IMG/VR virus record: IMGVR_UViG_3300025120_010521
Reading direction: 5' to 3' (one strand)
Source: a virus
Taxonomy: Duplodnaviria > Caudoviricetes
Length of the DNA stretch: 64,000 bases
Shown: positions 36,576-44,998 of the stretch, one piece after another
Position numbering within the stretch: the stretch's first letter is position 1
How the letters are laid out: each line of letters starts with the position of its first letter
Position numbers and translations under genes: made by a program
The notes under the pieces: model-generated
What the model saw: the letters and a program-made list of their open reading frames with translations, nothing else
What the model was told of the DNA's origin: nothing
Databases searched by the model: none

Positions 36576-37491
36576 GTACTCTTTTTACTACTTTTCCTAT
36601 GTTTATTCTATTGTATAACTGATCTCTATGAAATTGATCCCATTGTCTGTCACCTAATGCAATATGTAAACAATTGCTTGGAGTCAATCCATATGTTGCA
36701 CAAACCTTACCTTGTGCTTTACTGTATTTAGTCCACTGATAATCAGGTGAAAAATTCTTCATTAATTCTAAGCTAATTCTATTGTTTAAATGACAACTGT
36801 GTGACCAATCTGCCTGTAATGCTAATCTATCTTTTCTTTTAATTGACTCATACTCTATTCCACCATGTCTTGAAAAACGTATACCAGATCTGTAGTCACC
36901 TGTGCATAAACCTTTAGTAGTTGAAAAAGCAACTTCTTGTATTGCTGGATGTGACAAATCTATATCAATACCTTTACAAGTACCAAACCAAGCCATATCA
37001 ACAAATACTGGAACTTTAAGATCATATGCTTCATCTAACGTTTTAGACATTTGAGAATGTATAGACCCAGTTCCACTAAAAGGACAACTTATAATAATTG
37101 CATCACCTTTAGCTAAAGGTTTATCATCTATAAAATCATCATAAGACCACACATGAACATCTCTATTATAAGGATATTCGCCTCTAAACATTCTAAGTCT
37201 AAGACCATTTTCTAAAATAAAATAATGAAACTCATCTAACGATTGAGTTACTCCAATTGACGGGAAACGATAATTAAAACTATCTAACCCTGTTATACTA
37301 TTAAGTTCACTGGAATCTATCCATCTTGTATATTCTTCAACATAATCCTGTTCACATCTTACGCCTTTTTTTAATGAACTATTAATAATATCGTTATCAA
37401 TTAGATATGATAAAAACTCTCCATTATAAATTGAATTACCGTTGCGTTTAAACTCTGTGTTTGATTCTGTATATTGTGACTTTTCTGTCAT
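36559..37491 (-). CDS. PLP-dependent fold-type I enzyme-like protein
   Basis: SCPFSGTG, VFVDMAW, AFSTTKG...RSGIRF pattern. Confidence 0.6.
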   Translation of the reverse strand: MTEKSQYTESNTEFKRNGNSIYNGEFLSYLIDNDIINSSLKKGVRCEQDYVEEYTRWIDSSELNSITGLDSFNYRFPSIGVTQSLDEFHYFILENGLRLRMFRGEYPYNRDVHVWSYDDFIDDKPLAKGDAIIISCPFSGTGSIHSQMSKTLDEAYDLKVPVFVDMAWFGTCKGIDIDLSHPAIQEVAFSTTKGLCTGDYRSGIRFSRHGGIEYESIKRKDRLALQADWSHSCHLNNRISLELMKNFSPDYQWTKYSKAQGKVCATYGLTPSNCLHIALGDRQWDQFHRDQLYNRINIGKVVKRVHDQKE

Positions 37492-38525
37492 TATAAATTT
37501 ACTACTTGCTTTTTATTATTGATTCTATTATAAAAATCTATACTAGCAAGATTTTTTGCTTTAGATTCACACATAATATCAAAGTCATCTGTAAATGTCC
37601 ATGCCCATTCATTAACGGCATCATTCCAATAGTAATCAGAGTGTGCTCTTAGTTTTGCTTTTTTATAACCTGATTCCAATAACTTTTTATAGTTTGGCTT
37701 AATACTGGCTGTATGACCTGTAAGAAGATCTTCACGGCTAATACTATAATGCATAGCAGGCCTAACCCCACGCCAACTATCAATGACACGTTTAATACGA
37801 TCATCGCTTGGTTGTATATATTCTCCGGCGCTATGAACCCAGTGGTGATGTATGTCGACGACAAGTGCTAAATCCTTTTCTAATTCTAATGAAGCATCTA
37901 AGCCCCATGAGTTTTCATCATTTTCAATTGTAATACAATTTCTTGCTTCTGGAGTAAGCCTTGGTAATACATCTTTAATACCTTGCGGACCACGTCTACC
38001 AGATATGTGTACGTTACATTTAAAATCTTGAAACTTTTTGCCATACCCCATCCAACGTGCAACATCAATATGGTATTCAAATTCTTCAATTGATCTTTCT
38101 ACAATACTATCTGTTTCTGATGCTAGTACTGTAAATTGACCAGGATGCATACTAACACGTACATCTAAATTTCTTGCAAGATCTCCTGCTTTAGCAAATT
38201 CACGTTCACAGTAAGCAATAACATCAGACTTTTTCCAAAAATATCCCCAAGTTGGTTCTGTATATACCGGCAATACATCACTGCCAAGTCTTACCATTCT
38301 AAAGTGTGGTTCTAAATTTCCTACATACGAAATAATATTTCTAAATGATTGAATGTTATGAACCATAATATCCCAAAGCCTTTGTTCAGCGACTTCACGT
38401 GTTTGTCTATTAAGCCAAGCAACAGTTGTTGATTTGCAATTGTATGGTCTTTGAATTTCTTCTAATAGTTTTTTCTTTTGTGTTTGATCTTCATGCATGT
38501 ACTTACAAGCAAAACCTAATCTCAT
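37491..38525 (-). CDS. uvsE: UV-damage endonuclease UvsE/UVDE
   Basis: MRLGFAC, RLGSD, SMHPGQF, IENDE, VDIHHH, HYS, HSDY, EAKxK-like ESKAK. Confidence 0.92.
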   Translation of the reverse strand: MRLGFACKYMHEDQTQKKKLLEEIQRPYNCKSTTVAWLNRQTREVAEQRLWDIMVHNIQSFRNIISYVGNLEPHFRMVRLGSDVLPVYTEPTWGYFWKKSDVIAYCEREFAKAGDLARNLDVRVSMHPGQFTVLASETDSIVERSIEEFEYHIDVARWMGYGKKFQDFKCNVHISGRRGPQGIKDVLPRLTPEARNCITIENDENSWGLDASLELEKDLALVVDIHHHWVHSAGEYIQPSDDRIKRVIDSWRGVRPAMHYSISREDLLTGHTASIKPNYKKLLESGYKKAKLRAHSDYYWNDAVNEWAWTFTDDFDIMCESKAKNLASIDFYNRINNKKQVVNL

Positions 38526-38986
38526 AATTTTCCTAACTTTTTAACTCTACGTTGATGTCTGCCACCTTCAAAGTCTGTTGTAAAAAATGTTTTTACAATT
38601 TTCTTTGCTTGACTTGTTGTTGTAAAATCTGCACCTAAGCATAACACATTTGCATTGTTGTGTCTACGAGCCATTTCAGCTTCTTTTGGTGTTCTACATA
38701 CTACAGCTCTTATATCTTTAAATCTATTTGCGGCAATACTAACTCCGTAACCTGACCCACATATTAGTATTCCGTGTGTGTATATGTCAAAATTTTTGCC
38801 AAACTCTTTTATTACATCAGGGTAATCAACTGACTTACCAGGTTCATGTGGTTTTAAATTATGTATTACTGCTACATTAAATCTAGTTCCACCATCTATA
38901 TCATCAGGTGCAATAAAATCTAACAGTTTATTTTTAAGGTCTAGGCCTCTATGATCTGAGCCCATAATAAGATCAATTGTTTTCAT
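38522..38986 (-). CDS. rpiB: Ribose-5-phosphate isomerase B
   Basis: GSDHRG, DYPD, ICGSGYG, ANR, HNNANVL, GGRHQRRV; start revised to MKTI at 38986. Confidence 0.93.
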   Translation of the reverse strand: MKTIDLIMGSDHRGLDLKNKLLDFIAPDDIDGGTRFNVAVIHNLKPHEPGKSVDYPDVIKEFGKNFDIYTHGILICGSGYGVSIAANRFKDIRAVVCRTPKEAEMARRHNNANVLCLGADFTTTSQAKKIVKTFFTTDFEGGRHQRRVKKLGKL

Positions 38987-38992
38987 ATTATT

Positions 38993-39020
38993 ATTATATA
39001 GCATTTTATATAAAAGTCAA
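38993..39020 (-). promoter_or_regulatory. Sigma70-like promoter, leaderless (rpiB)
   Basis: TTGACT-N16-TATAAT, ATG 6 nt downstream. Confidence 0.65.
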
Positions 39021-39022
39021 GA

Positions 39023-39050
39023 GGAAACGCCAGTTATTACTGACGTCCCC
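39023..39050 (-). terminator. Hairpin terminator after the porin gene
   Basis: GGGGACGTCAGT-AATA-ACTGGCGTTTCC followed by a T-rich tract. Confidence 0.65.
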
Positions 39051-39085
39051 AATTGATCAAAATTATGTTCTAATTTTGGCCTAAA

Positions 39086-40009
39086 TTAAAATGTAAATTT
39101 AAGACCAGTTGAATAACTGTCAGTATCTACTGTAGATCCTGTATTATCTGAATGTTGATATTCAACATACGTTGATAATGATTCAGTTACTCCGTAAGAT
39201 AATCCAGCAGTGTAGTATGCAGTTGAATCTTCAACTTTGCCATAACCACCAGTTAGTTTTGCACTACCTGTGGTATATGAAGCAACTACTTCATTGCCAG
39301 TTACATCTGTTGCGGCATCTTTTTCAGTATATGTGTAACCAAGTGTTACAGGCATACCTAAAGATGAAGCATCTGCGGTTATACCAACACCATAGTAATA
39401 TATGTCATTTACTTCATCACTTGACATACCTCCTGATGCTGTTATTACGCCGGCGTCATATGTTACTGTACCTTCCGATACATCAACACCATCTTTACCA
39501 GTTGAGCCATCTATTTTGACTAACCCATCAAATGTAAGTGCACCTATATTATTACTATAGGCAATTGTGTTTGTATCACGTGTGAACAAATTTTGATCAG
39601 CACTTGAACCATACACTTCAAATACATCTGTATGACCACTTACATTGTCTGTAAATGGAGATGATTGACGACCCGCTGACAACGATCCTACAGGACCAAA
39701 ATTTAAACCAACAAGGGCCAATCTTGAATCCAACGGATTATTATTCGAATCATCAGCATCAATACCAAATTCAACTTTAGCAAAGCCTGTTATGCCTTCG
39801 CCAATGCCTTCTTCAGCATCAATACCAATAAACGATGAGTTATTTTCAGCTTTCATATATGAATTACCGCTTGAATTTTCATCGTTGCTAACTTTATAGT
39901 TAATTGAACCGTAGATATTAACTTCGGCTTCAGCTTCACTACAAGCTGTCAATGAGAACGCCATTGCTATTCCAAATATAAATGCTATGCTTATATATTT
40001 TCTCATCAT
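39086..40009 (-). CDS. Gram-negative general-diffusion porin
   Basis: Signal peptide, EVNIYG, SSFIG..A.E, SAGRQ, amphipathic strands, terminal GLKFTF (BAM signal). Confidence 0.88.
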   Translation of the reverse strand: MMRKYISIAFIFGIAMAFSLTACSEAEAEVNIYGSINYKVSNDENSSGNSYMKAENNSSFIGIDAEEGIGEGITGFAKVEFGIDADDSNNNPLDSRLALVGLNFGPVGSLSAGRQSSPFTDNVSGHTDVFEVYGSSADQNLFTRDTNTIAYSNNIGALTFDGLVKIDGSTGKDGVDVSEGTVTYDAGVITASGGMSSDEVNDIYYYGVGITADASSLGMPVTLGYTYTEKDAATDVTGNEVVASYTTGSAKLTGGYGKVEDSTAYYTAGLSYGVTESLSTYVEYQHSDNTGSTVDTDSYSTGLKFTF

Positions 40010-40072
40010 TTCCTCCTTTTCTAATTCCTCTATGGAATTAATTTGCCACGACTCTTCGCCATGGACCTCACA

Positions 40073-40101
40073 ACTATATACTAATAGTTGTATTCTGTCA
40101 A
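40073..40101 (-). promoter_or_regulatory. Sigma70-like promoter of the porin
   Basis: TTGACA-N17-TATAGT; leader has two 7-bp hairpins and an AAGGAGG SD. Confidence 0.7.
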
Positions 40102-40114
40102 CACATATTGTGGA

Positions 40115-40384
40115 TTATTTTTTATTTTCTACTATATCTTGTGAGCTTCTAATGAAATTTTCGTCTTGGTCTTCTTTTGCTTTAGTAGGTGATATTATTT
40201 CTTCTAATATATCTTTTGGATCAACTTCGTTGCTTTGTAGTGCCAACATGCATTCTTTAACTGTTGGTCTTAAACCCATTCTATGCATTTTTGAAGCAAT
40301 CAATACTAATTCAAATTTTGATAAATCCGGGTTAGTTCTAAGAACGTCATCTGCTAATACTAATTTTTTTTCTTGTACTGTCAT
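40115..40384 (-). CDS. rpoZ: RNA polymerase omega-subunit-like protein
   Basis: SKFELVLIAS resembles N[RK]FELVL.AA; EVDPKDILEEII resembles the alphaproteobacterial omega C-terminal helix. Confidence 0.55.
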   Translation of the reverse strand: MTVQEKKLVLADDVLRTNPDLSKFELVLIASKMHRMGLRPTVKECMLALQSNEVDPKDILEEIISPTKAKEDQDENFIRSSQDIVENKK

Positions 40385-40396
40385 ATAAACCTTTTC

Positions 40397-40472
40397 TGGT
40401 GCCGGCAGAGAGATTCGAACTCCCGACCTGACGATTACAAATCGCCTGCTCTACCAACTGAGCTACGCCGGC
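40397..40472 (-). tRNA. tRNA-Thr(TGT)
   Basis: GCCGGCG acceptor, GGCGA-TTTGTAA-TCGTC, CCA encoded. Confidence 0.95.
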
Positions 40473-40490
40473 ACATTGCATTTATTTATA

Positions 40491-40518
40491 TAGAGGAGCA
40501 AAGTTAAATGCTCCTCTA
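40491..40518 (-). terminator. 10-bp inverted repeat, probable terminator/processing hairpin
   Basis: TAGAGGAGCA-N8-TGCTCCTCTA; weak U-tract. Confidence 0.5.
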
Positions 40519-40554
40519 CTCGATATAGTTATTGTTGTTATTTGTAACGAGAGA

Positions 40555-40779
40555 TTACTTCTTGCCTCTATTAGCAAGCCAATAAATAACACCAATAGCA
40601 ATTAATCCTACTACACCGGCATCACCAAGTGATCCAACTAGTGCAACAAGATTGCCGACAACGTCTGCTGGAAAGAATGGTACTGAACCAAACACAACCT
40701 GCAATACAATGCCAAGTAGTAAAAATGTTAATGCCACTTCTGTAAGACTTGACAGTAACCCTTTAATTTTATCAATCAT
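40555..40779 (-). CDS. Small hydrophobic membrane protein (paralog of 52576..52800)
   Basis: LTEV..T...G.VLQV.FG...DVV.N..A.V...G..G.VGL.A...YW. Confidence 0.75.
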   Translation of the reverse strand: MIDKIKGLLSSLTEVALTFLLLGIVLQVVFGSVPFFPADVVGNLVALVGSLGDAGVVGLIAIGVIYWLANRGKK

Positions 40780-40894
40780 AATGTTTCCTCCTTATTCATG
40801 ATTCGAACATTTCTTGATCATTTATTATAATACTACTAAAAATTGATAATGTCAACTAGAAAAGTTAACAATTGTGGCCAGTGTTATCCACAAA

Positions 40895-42334
40895 TTAAAT
40901 ATTATGTTTTGTTTGGCTTTGTTTTACCCAATTGTTAAACATAGTTTGTGGGTCTGTTTGTTCTTTTAAGCCTTTTCTTACCATACCCATTACACTTGGT
41001 TTAGTAATGATTTTTGATAATTTCATTACAACATCAATTACATCATCTTTGTAACTGATTGGTAAGTCTTTGCCGTTTGCAAGTGTACGCATAGCAGTTT
41101 TAAATCTTGATACTTTGTTTTTTGGTACCATGCCTTGTCTTGCTAACATATCAAGTTTTGATAAATCTTGTTGCGAAAGTGATTCTGCCAATGCTCTTGA
41201 AAGTAAATTTGCTTTGCCTGGATTATTAAGTGCTTTTGCAACTTTTAAAAGCAAAGGTTGTAGTGCTTGTTGTCTTGTTGGATCAATATTATTACCTGAT
41301 GCTAATTTTTTAATTGCAACCATAGTTGTCGCATTTGCATTTGGGTCTGTTTTTTTAAGTAAATCTAATTTTACTTTAATATCTTTAGCATCTTCCGGTG
41401 ATGCATCTGGTGTTGCTTTTGTACGTGATTGTTTTGCCGCCATTGCTTGTTTAATTCCTGGAGTAATAGCATCTTGATCAACATTTGCATTTGCATCTGG
41501 TTCAACATCCATACCATGATTTGTTTTAAACCAACCTTTGACCTGTGCCGCATCTGGGTCACTTTGTTTAAATTGTAAATAACTTTTCCAAACATCATTA
41601 GCAACTTGACCAATGTTTGCTTCAGCATCTGCTTTAGTTTTCATATCCCCTAAACCAGGAACTTTGCCTACAACTTTTTTTGCTTTGTTAACTGCTTTTT
41701 TAATAGCACCAAATGGTGCCTCATCAACTGATTCATCTTTGATTAATTCTTCTTGATGCCTTGCAAGTTCTTCTATCGAATCAAAAACACCTGTCATCTT
41801 ACCATTTTTATATGAATAAAATTTTCCTTTATGATTTCTAGCTGACAGTCCATATTTGTTCATACTTGTTTGCGATGACCCATCTTCAAGTAAACCTAAA
41901 TCATCAATCCTATCTGCAATCCAAACATCTGGATCTCCTTCTCTGGCTTTCATAATACCATATGGCATTTCGCCTGAATTCATATAGTAACCAAATAATT
42001 CATCATACACTTCAGATCCATATTCAATATCATCTGTGCTTTTAATATTGTGTTTGATTAATATTGCTTTGATTGTGTTATATTCAGTTGATTCATTTAA
42101 ATCTTTTTTCATTTGTTCTTTTGATTTGCTGTATTTCTTTTGAAACTCTTGATCTGATAATGTTTTAATATCAGCATCTATGTCTGACATTCTACCTTCA
42201 TTTTTGTTAGGCTTGCCATGTTTGTTGTGTTGAGCCCATGCAATGGCGTATGGTGCACCTGGATCGTCAAACTTCTTTTTTAGTTTTTTAACTTGTTTTT
42301 CTCTTCCTGGTGGTGCTATTTCGCTAAATTTCAT
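40895..42334 (-). CDS. Modular putative internal head protein
   Basis: MKFSE start, PYAIAW module, hydrophobic-X-E linkers; ATAAATA at 42352-42358. Confidence 0.65.
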   Translation of the reverse strand: MKFSEIAPPGREKQVKKLKKKFDDPGAPYAIAWAQHNKHGKPNKNEGRMSDIDADIKTLSDQEFQKKYSKSKEQMKKDLNESTEYNTIKAILIKHNIKSTDDIEYGSEVYDELFGYYMNSGEMPYGIMKAREGDPDVWIADRIDDLGLLEDGSSQTSMNKYGLSARNHKGKFYSYKNGKMTGVFDSIEELARHQEELIKDESVDEAPFGAIKKAVNKAKKVVGKVPGLGDMKTKADAEANIGQVANDVWKSYLQFKQSDPDAAQVKGWFKTNHGMDVEPDANANVDQDAITPGIKQAMAAKQSRTKATPDASPEDAKDIKVKLDLLKKTDPNANATTMVAIKKLASGNNIDPTRQQALQPLLLKVAKALNNPGKANLLSRALAESLSQQDLSKLDMLARQGMVPKNKVSRFKTAMRTLANGKDLPISYKDDVIDVVMKLSKIITKPSVMGMVRKGLKEQTDPQTMFNNWVKQSQTKHNI

Positions 42335-42354
42335 TGTGTACTCCTACTTTATAT

Positions 42355-42606
42355 TTATCGCTTTAACATAGGATATATGTCTTTTACTTTGGTTCTATAT
42401 GCTAGTGTATCTGCACTATACCCCATTTGTGCTATATTTTTGTGTTTTTTACGTGCATTTTTAAAAATTTTACCAAATGGATCAACTGCTTTACGGGCCT
42501 GTGCTTTTGTAGTACCTGGTGTTATTGGAAATGCAATTGTGGCTATATTACCACTTGCTGTTGAACCTGCAGTTGCATCTTCTGTTATAATGTCATTTAT
42601 ACGCAT
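42355..42606 (-). CDS. Putative internal head protein
   Basis: MRINDIITE CTS-like start; ATAAATA 5 nt upstream. Confidence 0.65.
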   Translation of the reverse strand: MRINDIITEDATAGSTASGNIATIAFPITPGTTKAQARKAVDPFGKIFKNARKKHKNIAQMGYSADTLAYRTKVKDIYPMLKR

Positions 42607-42620
42607 AAAGATATTTATCT

Positions 42621-42845
42621 TTAACTTAACTTTTTCTTAATCCATAATACAAGTGCGTACACAGTAATTGCGTACACTGTAGCAACACCAATATCTAATA
42701 AGTGTTCACGCATATGATATATAAATTCAATACCTGCTTGTACATCGCCCATATTACCAGTTGATGTCGTTTGCATTATTTCAACATTACCGGCACCGTC
42801 ACCGATATTAATTTCTTTTCCACTGTATGGATTATCTTCTGACAT
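42621..42845 (-). CDS. Small protein with C-terminal TM
   Basis: Hydrophobic C-terminus. Confidence 0.6.
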   Translation of the reverse strand: MSEDNPYSGKEINIGDGAGNVEIMQTTSTGNMGDVQAGIEFIYHMREHLLDIGVATVYAITVYALVLWIKKKLS

Positions 42846-43042
42846 TATTTTTTTCTCCCTGACTTCATGTTAGCACACCAGTGATACATTTTTGCTTTTT
42901 CTCCTGATGCTTTTTTAGCCTTTGCTCTTAGACTAGTAACTGATCCTTTGCAACTTGCTCCTGAACGTTTTACTCTACCAGGACGTGATTTACCTTTTTT
43001 CTTGCCATCAGCAAAATTTTCTGTTAGTTCTATGTATCTCAT
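42845..43042 (-). CDS. Small basic protein, CTS-like start
   Basis: MRYIELTE then K/R-rich with C..HWC. Confidence 0.7.
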   Translation of the reverse strand: MRYIELTENFADGKKKGKSRPGRVKRSGASCKGSVTSLRAKAKKASGEKAKMYHWCANMKSGRKK

Positions 43043-43440
43043 TTTTTGTACTTGTTACTAACGTTTTTTGCTTTGCCTTTTCTATCTGGATTTGAATCTT
43101 TTCTGCGTTTTCTATTTACTGCTTGAGCTATTGCTTTCTTACCGCCTTTGGATCTTAACGAAGACGCTCTTGCTTTTGATAAACATTTTGGCTTGCCTTC
43201 ACCTGATTTCGAATCACCACATTTGCCAATTCTTTCGCCTTTGGTGTTGTAACGATCCCAGCCACCGCCACCTGCGCCACCTTTTTTGCCTTTGCCAAAC
43301 CAAGCACGTAGATCTTCTTCTACGTTTTCTTGTGCTTCTTTTTTTACACAGTTAGGAACACGTTTTCCAAATAACATTTTTGTGCCTTTTTTCTGGTAAC
43401 CCTTCCAGCACTTCTCATCTAATAACTCAATTAGCTTCAT
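43039..43440 (-). CDS. Basic protein, CTS-like start
   Basis: MKLIELLDE, CWKGY...VPNCVK, LRAWF, KPKCL. Confidence 0.7.
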   Translation of the reverse strand: MKLIELLDEKCWKGYQKKGTKMLFGKRVPNCVKKEAQENVEEDLRAWFGKGKKGGAGGGGWDRYNTKGERIGKCGDSKSGEGKPKCLSKARASSLRSKGGKKAIAQAVNRKRRKDSNPDRKGKAKNVSNKYKK

Positions 43441-43631
43441 TACTTTTTACTCTTATTTCCCCAATTCTTAGCACCAACTTTTCTGCATTTTACTAGAGCA
43501 CCGCTGGCGTAAGCTGACGGCCACACTTTATAACGTGATTTAACTTTATGATAACAAGCATCTTTCTTTTCAGCAAGTGTATCAAACTCATCTTCTGTAA
43601 GTGCTTTTAATTTAATTTCATTTATTCTCAT
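43440..43631 (-). CDS. Small basic protein, CTS-like start
   Basis: MRINEIKLKALTE, DACYHKVK.RY.VWPSAYASG...CRK. Confidence 0.7.
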   Translation of the reverse strand: MRINEIKLKALTEDEFDTLAEKKDACYHKVKSRYKVWPSAYASGALVKCRKVGAKNWGNKSKK

Positions 43632-43645
43632 AATGTCTCCTAATA

Positions 43646-44356
43646 CTAATATTTACCAAATGCCCAATATTTTTCTTCACACCACCAACATGTTTCACAA
43701 GGTGTAACATAGCCGTTAGTTTCTTGTGATTCACCTTCACAAGACCATGTTAACGGCAATAACGTATTAATTAACCCGTGTTGCTTATACATATCTGCAA
43801 CAAATTTCTTATCTGTATTAAAAAATGGTCGCATACCCATACCATCATCTTGTATAACTACGTGATTAAGGTCTGGATTTCGTCTATCTACTTGATCAGT
43901 GTCATGCGACATTGTTGTATGTGGTGGGTTAGATGTTATACCATCATACAATACATCCCATGTTCTAATTTCAAAATTATTTTTATCTCTATCTGTAAAT
44001 TCTTTTAATTCAGTTTGATGGGCATCATTTAAATCTGGATAATAAATTACATGATCTTTCATGTTCTTAAAATTTAAAAGTTCAATAACTTTGTTTATAA
44101 CTTGAGATGCTTTTACAGGATTCCATGGGCGTTGTCGTCTGACTGACATTGGTTGCACTTTAATATTTAAGTTTTTATCTTGTACTTGTTTACAAAGTAA
44201 ATATAGTAACAAACTAGAATCTGCTCCACCAGAACACCATATACCCAATGTGTTTACTTCGCGAGTGTTGTTTGTAAATTTAGGAATTACTATATCAATT
44301 GATTCAGACTTATTTGTATTATAATACGTTTGTCTTGTTAATTCTTGCCATTTCAT
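43646..44356 (-). CDS. QueC-like PP-loop ATPase (divergent)
   Basis: SGGADS PP-loop; TWSC...CETCWWC Zn motif; start revised to MKWQEL at 44356. Confidence 0.65.
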   Translation of the reverse strand: MKWQELTRQTYYNTNKSESIDIVIPKFTNNTREVNTLGIWCSGGADSSLLLYLLCKQVQDKNLNIKVQPMSVRRQRPWNPVKASQVINKVIELLNFKNMKDHVIYYPDLNDAHQTELKEFTDRDKNNFEIRTWDVLYDGITSNPPHTTMSHDTDQVDRRNPDLNHVVIQDDGMGMRPFFNTDKKFVADMYKQHGLINTLLPLTWSCEGESQETNGYVTPCETCWWCEEKYWAFGKY

Positions 44357-44997
44357 CTTCCCATCCTTAGGTTGATTTGATTCCAATCAATAATAGTCAT
44401 TATACTTTTAATGTATTTTGCTTTTGCATCTTTGGCAGGAATATAATCCGTAAATGAATGTTCCCACATATCAATTGGCATTAGTATGTCTGACTTGTAA
44501 GATTGATTTGGTGTTGTTTTAAGTTCGCCTGACTTACTTAAATATACCCAACCACTACCTTGTATGGTCATTGCTGTAGCAATCATTTCTTCTGTAAATG
44601 AATTAAGATCGCCAAATCTGTGTTCAATTAATTCTTTAATGGCACCATCTGGTTTTGATCCATCTGCTTTTTGCAGTTGTTCCCAGAATAGGTTGTGTAG
44701 CATTGCACCACCATAGTTAAAATCTGGATCACCTTCTTTGTTATTATATCTTGTTACGTATCCGTTTGATAATATGTTGTAGTGATATTCTACATTGTCT
44801 TTAGATAGCACTGGTGCTAAATCTTTTGTTTCATAAGCCAACTTTTTTAGTTCTAGTTTTTGTGGTTTTGACTCGTTCATAGATAGTTTCATCCTTTCAT
44901 GATGTCTTCGTGCAAACTCTTTGCGAGGATTTGGCATTTGTATAAAATGCGGATTCTCGCCAATGCCTGCTAGTTGTTTTAATCTTGCTATATCCAT
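44353..44997 (-). CDS. Fe/Mn superoxide dismutase with N-terminal extension
   Basis: EYHY, GGAMLHN, QGSGWVYL, DMWEH metal ligands. Confidence 0.88.
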   Translation of the reverse strand: MDIARLKQLAGIGENPHFIQMPNPRKEFARRHHERMKLSMNESKPQKLELKKLAYETKDLAPVLSKDNVEYHYNILSNGYVTRYNNKEGDPDFNYGGAMLHNLFWEQLQKADGSKPDGAIKELIEHRFGDLNSFTEEMIATAMTIQGSGWVYLSKSGELKTTPNQSYKSDILMPIDMWEHSFTDYIPAKDAKAKYIKSIMTIIDWNQINLRMGR

Positions 44998-44998
44998 A

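Noticed and set aside
40022-40072. Known riboswitch (SAM-V, glycine, TPP) in the porin leader
   Set aside because: Only two simple hairpins; none of the conserved cores that I can recognise.
43646-44386. Confident queC assignment
   Set aside because: The PP-loop and Cys cluster fit, but the rest is too divergent and it lies 24 kb from folE/queE; left as QueC-like.
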